A DNA stretch of 64,000 nt from the human T2T-CHM13v2.0 reference genome, Homo sapiens: the NCBI RefSeq assembly GCF_009914755.1, contig NC_060935.1; one strand, 5' to 3'. Numbering within the stretch: position 1 is the stretch's first letter; each line of letters starts with the position of its first letter. A program made the translations under genes and the position numbers. Shown piece after piece: positions 26,040 to 38,110 of the stretch. Under the pieces are notes generated by a model, which saw nothing but the letters and a program-made list of their open reading frames with translations, did no database searches and had not been told where the DNA came from.

Positions 26040-26465
26040 TCCAGTTAGCTTTTGCTGCAAAACAAACTGCCCAAAATGTATGACTCAAATCTAATGGTCA
26101 GTGGCTTGATCTGGACTCAGTTGAGTGACTGCTGGTGGTCTCAGTTGGGGTCATAAATGCATCTACTGTCAGCGATCAGGTCAACTGGGAGCTGTTTGGT
26201 GAAGGGGGCAGCTAGGATGGCTTGTCTCTACTCTAAGTGGTCTTCTATTCTGCAGCAGGCTAGTCCAAGCTATGTCGCGTGGTTATCACAGAATTTCAAG
26301 ACAGGAATCTCCAGTGCACGCACGCAATGCAATTGTCTGTTTGCTCCATGGTCACACATGTCTCACTGACCTATCCAAGTCACTTACAGAAGCACAGAGT
26401 GAGTGTGAGAGGAGATTATATAAGGATGTGGATCCAGGACCATTACTGTAGCAATCTACCACACA
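26040..26465 (-). mobile_element. Second MLT1-type LTR
   Basis: tccagttagcttttgctgcaaaacaaactgccc...caatctaccaca. Confidence 0.65.
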
Positions 26466-27340
26466 ACCTCTAAATGATACTTTAGCTGTGATATCATTTT
26501 GATACTAAACTAAAATTTAGATTTTATGTGTGGTGTGATGTGGAGGAGAGAGGTGTAGGAGATAGCCTTTCAAAAAATAATCATTTGTACAACCCTAAAA
26601 GTCAACATATATTGTCACTATCAACATGAACTAGGTAAACTGCTCTTACCAAATTAACCAGCCACTATTTGAATGGATCCTTTTTTACTGAATTATGTTC
26701 AGCCAGACAAAGCACTTAATCTGGTTAAAGAGAGTCATTTTTCCATTTTACATGGTTAACATTCTTTTTAACATGTTAGAAAATTCTAATCACTTTACTT
26801 GTTAATAGAAAATCAGCAACAGTTAGAAATTAACAGGGAAACATTAATTTCTAATGAAAACATAAATGGGTTAATTGGTTTTTCACAAAAATAGCATGTC
26901 TAGAAGACAGTCATAATATTTGCTACCTCATCTGTCCTAAAATAATCCTTGTTAAATGTTTCTACCACATGTTAGTTCTAGTGATCTCAGTGCCTCAGCC
27001 ACATTTTGATAAAAACAAAAGCAGGTATATTTATTAATAAACTACTATAAAGAGACTATGGGCATATCTGAAGCAAAAATAAAGTATACTGCATGTTACA
27101 TACACAAAATGAATTCATAGGCTCTTTTAAACCAGCATGTTCCAGTTGTTTCCTCACTAATGAATAAGGGTATTGTTATTTGTGTTATCACTGACTTTGC
27201 TGCAGAGCTTAACTAGTGGAGAGAATGAAAATATTTATGAACCTGTAGCTAATCTAGAATTACATTAAGCATTTATTATATAAAGCTGTGATAACAGTAG
27301 GTTAATCTAAGAAAATAGTAGAGGTTAAAAAAATAGTCCA

Positions 27341-27655
27341 GCCTGCACACATGGTTCAAGCCTGAAATCCCAGCATTTTCAGAGGCCGGGGCCAGTGGAT
27401 CACCTGAGCCCAAGAGTTCGAGATCAGCCTGGGCAACACAGTGAAAACCTGCCTCTATACAAAAAAAAAAAAAAAAAAAATACAAAAAATTATCCAGGCT
27501 TGATGGCATGTATCTGTAGTCCCAGCTACAAGGGAGACAGGTGGGAGGATCGCTTGAGCCCAGGAGGCAGAGGTTGCCGTGAGCCAAGAACCTGCCACTG
27601 CACTCCAACCTGGGTGACAGGGCGAGACTATCTCAAAAAAAAAAAAAAAAAAAAA
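27341..27655 (+). mobile_element. Alu (J-type), full length, expanded A linker and tail
   Basis: gggaggatcgcttgagcccaggagg diagnostic motif; TSD ending in agtcca on both sides. Confidence 0.92.
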
Positions 27656-29199
27656 GTCCAGATTTATATTGTTTTCAACTTCTCCAATAATTCTGTTTCC
27701 TATGAAACTTATTTATATAGATTATATGGGTGGCTTTGAGGTACAAAATAGGTATACACATTTTAGGATGTGAATGTGTAACTCAAGTATTAGACTTGAT
27801 AATTCAAAGATTTAGGAGCTTTCAAAAGATATTTGAAGATAAAAACAAAGATGACTAATGTATATTGATTAATGCATTTGAGACTTGACAAAGTTTATAA
27901 TGATGATAGATTACATTAGGCAGTTTTGCTGAATTTCTTGTATTCAACAGTAATGTTTCCATCTGTGAACACAATGCTAGAAAATTTGTTTCCCATGAGG
28001 TAGGTTTTTAGCTAGTAATACCAAAAAATAATGTGAACCCCATCAACGTCCTTCAAGAAACCTTTCAAGAATGTGTATGCAGTCATGATGATAATCTCAA
28101 TACATAAAATCAAAAAGACTTTGGAAATCAACTTAACTATATGGCTCGATATGCCAAAAGATAATTCAAATATAGATTGTGTATTCGTCTTCACAGAAAC
28201 CCAATGTGCTGCCAAGATAAGTTTGAAGTAATATAACTATTTCTAGGTAGTTGACACATTGTACAATGTGCTAGATTAAGCCAAAAATAAAAACTGTCTG
28301 TAGTTAGCTTGAGCCATCCTAGTTGCATAAAGCTCGAATCAAACCTTTAAGATCCAGAGACCAGTTGTAAAATGTCATCCTCCATGTGTCTAGAAGTCCT
28401 TGATCAGCCACTGAGGTTTCATCTATCATTATAAGCATTACATTTACTATGCTATTACAATTACTTTTAACATTAAGAACTTCTGGTGGGTGATGCCCAC
28501 CAGTAGTAAAGGTAACATGCTTTTGAGGTTTTGGAACTCAGTTGCCAGCATTTACGTATTTCTGCTAGCTTGAAAAGGTATGATGAATAGTTAATAGCAG
28601 GACAACATCGTAGCAGCTTCCCCAAGATTAACAACTAAAATAAGACTTTTGCTAAGCAACTTTAAAATAATGTATGAAGAACGATGTCAAATGAAGACCA
28701 ACGGAATTGAGCTATAGATTGTAGCAGACAACCACAGTGCTAGATCAGTCTGATATTGGGAAAAAAAAAAAGTGGGGATTTTTTTTTACCAATGTCTTGG
28801 GAAAGACCATAAATCATAGAGGCAGAATCTTAAACAGACTAAGTTCTAAATAGCCATCTGTAGTTATAAATAGAAGGCAATCTTCACTTGGACACAACTT
28901 AAGAAGAGCTGCTTATCAGGTATGGATCATGTTAGCCATACAAGTTGATTAGTTTATAATCTTTAGTTGATGGTAAACACTTAGCTTTGTACTTCTCCAT
29001 CATAACCCTAGCTTTCAGCTCTAAGTCAGTTTGTTTGTTTTTTTAACCACAATGAAGGTACATTTAATTTTTCTAACATAAATTTTTAAAAGTTTATTGT
29101 AGATCATTTGAACATATTAAAACTTGAAAGAAGAAAATAAAAACTACCTGGAAAATTATGTGGATACATTCACCAGTAATGTTTGTAACCATGTTTTCA

Positions 29200-29785
29200 T
29201 ATGTCCCTTCAAGCACATATAGACACACACTTTACACAGGTGAGATCATATCATGGATGTTTAAAATGCTTTAAAAGGATGACTTTCCCCCTACTTTTAT
29301 CTCCCCATAATGGCATCTATCACACCCAGTTTAGTTTGCTAATATCCTCATGTATGTCCTTCTGTATTTTACTCTGTCCTACTGTAGTCCTGGGCAGATT
29401 TACATATGAATGGGAATATTTTTATAATTGTTTTATAAAAATTAAATCATATTTTACATTCTTTTTCTGAATCTCATAATTATCACTCAATAATAATCTT
29501 GAAAATTGTTCTATGTCACCTTGTATAGCTCTAATGCATTCTTTTCAATAGATCCATAATAATCCATAATGTGACTATACTTCAATGTATTTAGCCATTT
29601 CCCTATTAAATACCAACTTTGTTTCCTTTGTTGAGAGATTTCTGAACAATGCTACAGAAAACATCTTTAAACATCTGTATCTTTGTATATCAACAATTTC
29701 CTTTCTGTGGGACAGATTACCAGGAATAGACGACAGGGTCAAAGAACAAAACTATTTTTAATTTAAATGGGTGCTGCCAAATTTT
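29200..29785 (-). mobile_element. Ancient L1M fragment
   Basis: gtatttagccatttccctatt...aacaatgctacag...gggtcaaag...gctgccaaatt is antisense L1 3' sequence. Confidence 0.6.
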
Positions 29786-29829
29786 TGTTATTGCATAAAA
29801 ATATGCAGCATCTAATTACATTACTGCAT

Positions 29830-30010
29830 TACAGCATTATGTGGTAAAAGTTACTAGACAGGGGGCAAGAGTTCTTTGTGTAGGCCCAACTTTGTTTCTA
29901 GTTAGCTGTACGACCTTGGGGAAGTCATGTCCCTTGTCTAGGTCTCCATCTTCAAAGTTAAAAGGCTAGAGTAGATGATTCCTAATGACTTTATCTAGTT
30001 CTAAAGTTTG
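29830..30010 (+). mobile_element. MIR (MIR3-like)
   Basis: tagctgtacgaccttggggaagtca...tagatgattcctaa...tctagttctaaa. Confidence 0.6.
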
Positions 30011-31649
30011 GTGATTTTTTTCATTTATATTCAAAAAGTAAAATCTCAGCAACTCTCCAGATATAATGTCCAATAACTTGAAATCATGAAATGATCTAAA
30101 AAAATTTTAGTGGACACCAACCATGTTTTAGGAGGGATTACTGCTAGCTCTAAAATCATATTTTTCTCTCATAAATATTGCAAACTTTCTTAATCTTGGA
30201 AGATGTTTCAGTCTCATGGCACCCTTAGTACTGGGAATTTCTCAATGCAGGAGGAACTTCAAACTGGAAAAAAATTCAAGTCAGAATTATTCCCCATGGC
30301 AGAAACAACATTTGTATCTGTAATATCTTACTAAATAATAAAAGATTCCTGTAAAGTTAAAGATTTTCTCTAAAAACAACGATAAGCTTATAGAATGAAA
30401 AAATGCCATTCTCTCTGTATAATAGATCAGCATCCTTTATTTTGTATAACTAGTTCCCTCCAAATTTCACATACAATGAAACAATCAAGCCCTATCAATA
30501 TGAAATCTTGGATCAAATATATAAGCATATATGATAATTGGTGTTGCAATAAATTCAAATGTGTACAACTTTGAAAGTCTTTTAAATATAATTCTAAATG
30601 CACCTGTCAATGACTTCAGTTCCAGCATTTACATATTTCTGCTAGCTTGAAGACAATAATCTACAGGGTCTCTTGTAATACTGGAAGCTGTATTATACAG
30701 TTAGAGAACAATGAGCAGTAGTAGAATATGGTCTCGATGATTTTTCAGTATCAATCTGACTTGACTTTGATTTTTGAACATTCAATAAATGGTGAATCCT
30801 CTTTCATAAAATTCAATGCCTAGCTAAGACTTGTTATTTAAAATGAGTTTTCTGTGGCTGTGTCTTGACTCACTTTCAAAATGTCAGTTAAATTTGACTG
30901 AGTGTCCTTGACCTTGAACTTTTCATAGTTGGTTTTGATTGACACATCTATTCAAATTGACCTTTTTTTAAACTGAACTATTCTTCTATTTGAATGTTCA
31001 TTGGAAGATTGTTGCTGTACTCTACAATGTAAGCATTGCTTTGAATAGTTAGCTTTTTCTGACATTGATGTGTTTTAATTGCCTCAATTCTAAGTATTTT
31101 TGAAGTTGATGAGAATCTTCCTGATTGTGAAAGATAGTGTTAAAATGGATGCTATCACCCATTTTCTTCTTTTGCAGTCAGGTATTTTTTCATTCAGAAA
31201 CTTGTTTCTAAGCATCAGAAACTTTCAAAGCAAGCTTGGCAAAAGAATACTCAGTATTTGGTCTTAAAGCACATAGTTGAAATAATACAGCTACTTGTTG
31301 AAGACTATGCTTATTAAAATATTTACTAGTATTGCCAAAAAAGATGACAAATATGTATCTCATAAACTTGAATTGTGAAAAAGTTTGAAAGATCCAAATA
31401 TTAATTTACTGGAAAATAGTCTTTAGAAATGCTGATATAAAATTAATTATTTCATTAGTAATATTAAGTTTTGTAAAAAAAAATGTATGAAAGTTCTTCT
31501 ACCATTTTTGTTCATTTCTTTCTTTTAAAATGTCTGCCAATATGCGTATTCCATAGAAAACTGTGTATTTCCATAGCAAAAGCAGTTAGCCTAAAATATA
31601 TCCCTGAAGGGTAGGGGCATTAGGAGCAAAATGGAGCTAGTCGTGCTAG

Positions 31650-32705
31650 GCCTTCTTTCCACTGCTACAATTGTGCTTGAAAAATGAGTAATTCTGTCTT
31701 TACAACTCATCTCCCTAAATACACAGTTAAACCAGTTGGCACCATCAGTCTTCTTCCTGAAAATCTCCTTACATAAACCCAAAGTTCATCCATGATGAAT
31801 AATGTGTTGCCCACATGACCTCAGGTGACAATGTTGCCAAACTTTCCAACACTACGTGGAAGGTCACCTTTTCTTCAACCATGAATACCCATGTCCTCAC
31901 TGTCCTTCAGTCCCTGTTCAACAGTCTCCTTGAGGCTCTTCCAGCTTTCACTAGTAGTGTCATCATGACCCTTCCAACCTTTGCACACCTAACCCCGAAG
32001 CCAACGTCAAGTGTTTTGGCTTTAGTTAACAGCAGTACCCCACTTGTAGGTACCACATTATTTTATGGTTATTCTCTGCTGTACAAGTACTCCAAAACCT
32101 AGCAGTATAAAACTACAAAGATTTTACTCTGCTTCCCATTTTGTGGGCAAGTAAATCAGGCAGATAACAGCAAGGATGGCTTGAATCTGCTTCACAGTTG
32201 CTAAGCCTTCAGCTGGGGTAGCCAAATGGCTGGAGATGGCTGGGATGGCTCAGGGGGTGCTATATGCCAGAAGCCTCAGTTGTGGATATTGGATAGGTTC
32301 CCGAGATCTTCTCCATGTTGCTTCTGCCAAGTCTAGAATCCCCAGTGTGATTTTGTTATTCACAAGTATAGCTGGGCTAGAATGGTTAAAATAACTGGAA
32401 ATGTCTGGCCTTCTCTCTTTATCTATGTAATCTCCCACCTCACTAGCTTAGCCTTTTTCACATGACAGTCTGAATGTAGTACAATTTTTCTTACATTCCC
32501 CAGAATAGATGTCCCAATGGGCTTAGAAAGAAGTTACAAGCCTTCTTATGATCCAGCCATAGGATTTTCAGTACCTCACTTTTTCCACATGATATTGGCA
32601 TAAAAAGTTACCAAGGCCAGTCCAGATTCAAGGAGTAGGAAATTAGAGTATACCTCCCAGTAAGTCAAATGGCAAAACATATGTGGACATTCTTAATCTA
32701 CCACA
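31650..32705 (-). mobile_element. MLT1 LTR (about 32058-32705) with adjoining MLT1 internal sequence (about 31650-32057)
   Basis: LTR 5' end at aatctaccaca; LTR/internal junction at aacagcagtaccccacttgtaggtacca. Confidence 0.7.
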
Positions 32706-35700
32706 GTGAACAAGTAGTTATATCCTAGGCCGAACAGATTCTTTGTACAACACTGCATACAAGTAGTGTTACCATAAAGCACAGCAACTAATGCAGTGTA
32801 AAACAGATTGTGAATGATTCATTATGCAATAGTGTCATGTTCAGCCGTAATAAAATAGAGTATATCTCACCATTGGCTCTAGAGATAAATTTTAAATACC
32901 CCATAATGCAATGCTTAGTCACTATAATGGAAACAGGAAAGAATAAGTAATAGGAAAGAATAAGTATCAGCAAGCAGAAATGAAGAGAAGCTGGGGATAT
33001 TAAATGTAATTCATATGGAGCATTGACATTCCATTCCAAGTATTGGCAGGTATTGTACTCTAGAGAGAGGTTGTGGATTACAGGGCAGGGGCAGAATCAA
33101 TGCTCTGGAAGGAATAAAAGGCAAAATAATATGCAAATTGGTCATTAATCAATGAGAGGAGGAAAGAAATGGAAGTAGAATGAACAGGTGGAGCTCTTCT
33201 AGTTTTATGGGACTTAGCATCAGCCTCCCTCCTCTATGAGACCAGAGATCGAAGGTGAAAAAGAAATTGCTTTTATCTGTGAGACCAAACCACAAAGGAG
33301 GTACACAAACAAACTGGCCTCATTCCATGCTAATTCTTAGAGTTCCATACAAAAATCAATGAAGCACAGAGTGGTCTACTACAATCCCAAGATTTTGGAT
33401 TTTTCACAATACCAGGTCAATACTCATTTTAACTGATGAGTGAGATGAAGCTACTCATACTCTCCGTGGCTGGGCTCTGCTTATTTCAAGGAGGAGTTAG
33501 AAAACCTACAGGCAGGTATCTGAGTATTCTTCCACACAGCCAGGAAGAGACCAGATTTGTGTTAAGACACTGACTATTCTGCAATGTAAAAATAGCAGCA
33601 GAATAAAATGTAATTTATCCTGGAAGCCAGTGTAACAAAATAATATTAATCTTAAAAGATAAATTGGAAATATGACAAAACAATCTCTAAATTAGAATAA
33701 AAAAGATATATCAGTAAAATATCAATTCATCTAAATTATGCACTTAGGTTAGGAAGTAAAATTTGGCCAATTCTTTTTCCACTAAAGCTGTGTTATTATA
33801 AATTACACATGACTAACTGAGGACACGTCAGTTGTGGGTCACATATTGAAAATTTTCTTGATACTAGATAAGTGTCACAATAAAAGTAAATGATGGCATG
33901 AGCAAATGAACTAAATGGGTCTTGGGTGTTATCGGAAAGGTGATACTGACATTTCATAGAGCTATGCAGCCTTTTATGCCTAGATGCGGTTGATGAAAAC
34001 AGTCATAAAAGCATGAGCTTTTCAAATAAACCTATGGTTCATTGAAATAATTTCTAATAATAGTTTTATGGTCATTACTACTCAATGAAGCCATTTTATA
34101 TTACTACACTTGCCAAATTTGAATTAACTAGTGCAAGTGAATGAAATTACCTATAGGTTCAAGCAAAACAAGGAGGGGTTTCCTAGATGGCACAGGAGAA
34201 TAGAAGGAATACCTGATCAAAAATCAGATGCCCAAAGCTTTACTCCTGCCTCCACACTTAGCTTGCCCATGGACAAGTTACCTAAACTCTTCAGCCCCAT
34301 TTTCTCAACTGCTATGGGAATTGGTTAGGCTACATAATTTATTTATCTTTCCACACTAAAATCATTTTTTTCTGCAATGACTTTTTGTACTATTACCTAT
34401 TTCAACAAAACACATCACATTACAGCTGGTTGTTACCTCTAACATTGTGTTGTGAGTTTCTCAAAGCCATAATTTATCTTTTCTCTTTATCTTGTAGCAT
34501 GTGTAGATCAAGTATGATAAAAAGATAGCATATTTTATGCCAGCTTCTTTTAACACAGTGACTTTTATGCTAGTCACTGTGTTAAGAAGAATCTATTGGT
34601 TGGGTCACAGTACAGCCATGCTTGCTATGATAAAGAAGAACATAGTTGCAAAAGTGTCACATATTTGTGATTTTCTGTCTAGACAAAATGACAGTCTACC
34701 AAGTTCTTGTTAAATAATTACATAATTGTGCATGTGCTATAAGCATCCATAAAATGTATAGCTACTGTAGAATGTTATAATTCTAGACCTTTCCTGGTGG
34801 TCATGTATTACTAGCTATTTACAAAGCACAAGCTAATGCATAAATGTACAATTTTTTTCTGACTAGTTCTATCGCCTTTGTGTAACTTCAATGAGAGGTA
34901 TTTTATGGAGCATAGACTTAGTGAAAGATAGTAAGATTATTCTATTACTAGACAGTGGGATAATTCACTGCAAGCAAAAATGTGTATTGTCTGTCACAAT
35001 TGCTAAAATCTTCTTACCTACCAGCGTTGCCTCATTGAGCCAACCTATGGACCAGCTGTTATTCAGCTTAGAAGATGTTATTACTGAGGAGATTTCAAGA
35101 GAAAGTTGATCCATCATACAAACACTAGAGAGGAATTTCTCATAACTTTAATGATGTGAGTTTAAATACTACTCCTGCCTAGAATTCTCTTAAACTGGTT
35201 TGCCATTGTACTTACAAAACTGCCAATTTAAAAGTGAGGTTGAGAGTCCCAACATGGTCCCTTCTACCTCTAGGACTGTAAAGTTTAGAGGAGTCCTCAC
35301 CTCCATTCTTTCAACTGAGATACTGTCCTCTTTCCTTTGTCATTAACAAACCAGTATAAAGTGAACAGGTTGAATCTAATGATATGCGTCAATGAGCTTT
35401 GTATTTGCATTGGAGGTCCAAGAAAAAAGTAGAAAGAATATTTGGAGAAAATAACACATAAATATGCCAACGCCTGGATAGCCTTACACCAAACATTCAG
35501 TATAAAATGTAACATATATCACTGTAGTTTCTAACACAAGCCTTAAGAAGATGTATTCTATTTCTGTATTTACATATCAGCATACGCTAAAAAAAGACTT
35601 CAAGTCAATAAAGCATAAAAGAGAAAGTATAAACATTAAAGCAGGAAAGGATAAGTGTTCTATAATTTACAAAGAGATGCATACCAGCTCCTCGATATTT

Positions 35701-35782
35701 ATCTCAAAGACCAATGTTTCATAGAATGGGCTAATGTTTCAGAAGACCACAGGAAATATCAATGTGGATTGGAGTGGTGAGC

Positions 35783-35945
35783 AGGACCAACCTCATGGGC
35801 ATGTAACCCACTGGGCACCATACTGAGAAGGGTCTCATACTTGATATAGTGCTTGACTGTTACCATTTTGAAGTCTTCATTTTAAAACAAAGAATCCTGC
35901 ATTTTCTTATGCACAGGGGCCCACAAATTACGTAGCCAGTCCTGG
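35783..35945. mobile_element. MER91-like hAT-Tip100 relic
   Basis: caggacc...gcattttcttatgcacaggggcccacaaattacgtagccagtcctg with short terminal inverted repeats. Confidence 0.6.
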
Positions 35946-37283
35946 TGGTCTGTGAAACCTTTCTGAAAGAGATAAGACTTGAACAAGGTCTTAACATATG
36001 AGATATAATTTGTAGATTTTGGTGGATCACTGGGGAACTGCTTGAAGGTTCAGAGACTGCATTTTCCACCATGGTGAGAGACAAGATAGGTTGAGTCTAG
36101 CCTCATATGCTAGATTAAGAACGTGGACCATCTTGTAGGCAAAAGGGAACCAGTGATGATTTTTGAGGTGGTAAATAAAATCAGTTTTAAAGGATTAACT
36201 TAGCATTGGCATAGCAGATGGATAAGCATGTGAGACAGAGAGTTGATCACAAAGAGGATATAAAGACCTCATTTCAAAGCTACTATTAAAAATATAAATT
36301 TAGGAATCAGTGCTCATACAATGATTGCTAAAACTATATAAGGCACACAAAAAGAGAAAATACTTTTCTCCGGACTAAGCCTGAGTATTGTGCTATCAAA
36401 TAACAGATCCATCTCTCCCCATGTCTCTTCAAAGCTCAGATGTAGGTATGAGGAAAGCTGGTCCACACTCCCTGCCAATGTGTCTTCTGTCAAAGCTGAA
36501 TTAGACAGGAAACTCCTTGAGCACAGATTCTATGCCTGTATCCACAAATCTTAGCACAGCACAAATGAATACCTTTTGTAATTAGTAATATACTGAATAA
36601 ACAATAAAGGGAGATGAGTTAAACAGTCTCATCATCAGGTAACACAAACTTTTGCCATCAGATTGAATGGAGCTACAAGTCAGCCCAGGAAAACATGAGA
36701 TTGATAAATTATGTGACCTTATCTATTTCAGCCCTCTCTTTACCTTGGAAGCACTAGATTAATACAGAAATGCTACCAGCCCTTTTGCATTACTCACTTG
36801 TGTTAATGTCAGATAAAGAACTTCCCATTTACCTTGTGGCTAGGGAAAACACAATTGTTTCTCCTCTTTAATCTATGTCAACAAATAGAACTGTTTCTGC
36901 ATTTTTCTTAGGACTTAAATTATTAGAATATGGATTGAAAATTAAATATCAAGATCCCAGTCTTGGGATGTTACAGCCCTATTTACTCATTTTGAGTCTT
37001 CAATGTGTTGTTGGCTATGTTTAATACTTCATCATAATACACATAAATGTTTTGTCAAATATTATTTTGACTATTTTCTTCACTAGTAGTGATTAATAGT
37101 TTTACTTCTGATAACATGTTCAGTTATTCAAGCATGTAGGTTAAATATCATCTATTTTCTAAAAACAATATTAAAACCCATATCATCCTTAAACCCTATT
37201 CTATGAGTAGTAAAGAAAAAACTATAAAAAGACTGTCTATGTATTATTTCCTTATCATAGTAGGGTACTTTAAACAAATTACC

Positions 37284-37582
<299 letters not shown>

Positions 37583-37929
37583 TTATCCTCTTGGAAGAAG
37601 AAATACTGTTACTAGGAAAATATTTTAACTCCAAGTTTTTACGTCAGTAACATTAAACTTATCTAAAAATCTCTGTCTCATGGCTGATACCCAGTTATTT
37701 ATGCTAGATAAGATTTAGAAAACTAAAAATGCTTAATACATAAAATGCTTAATGCTTTTCTACAATAAGACAGAAAGGATGTGAGGAATATTTATATCTA
37801 AAATAAAGCTAGGTATTTCCATAGCTTACTCTAGCTATGGAAAATATTGATACCCAGTTTGCTAAGAGAGTGAATACCAATTTAAAAACCTTCCTCTTGG
37901 CTAAGAGTGCAATTATAGTGCCCTTCAAC

Positions 37930-38110
37930 AGATAAATTTTATCAGACACTTACTATATGCCAGACACACTGCTATGGGCTTTACTCACATTATCATATTG
38001 AAACTCTGAGAGAAGCTCTGAGCAATGGAGTGATTTTCCCAAGGTGAATATCTAATAAGTGGTAGAGCAGGGATTCACACAATTCTGTCATTCTAGAACC
38101 CACATATACT
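37930..38110 (-). mobile_element. MIR
   Basis: cacttactatatgccagacacactgcta...taataagtggtagagcagggattcac. Confidence 0.6.

Noticed and set aside
31161-31187. Pyrimidine tract followed by cag-tcag|gtattt as a recursive or micro-exon site
   Set aside because: The donor is very weak and such motifs are common in AT-rich introns.
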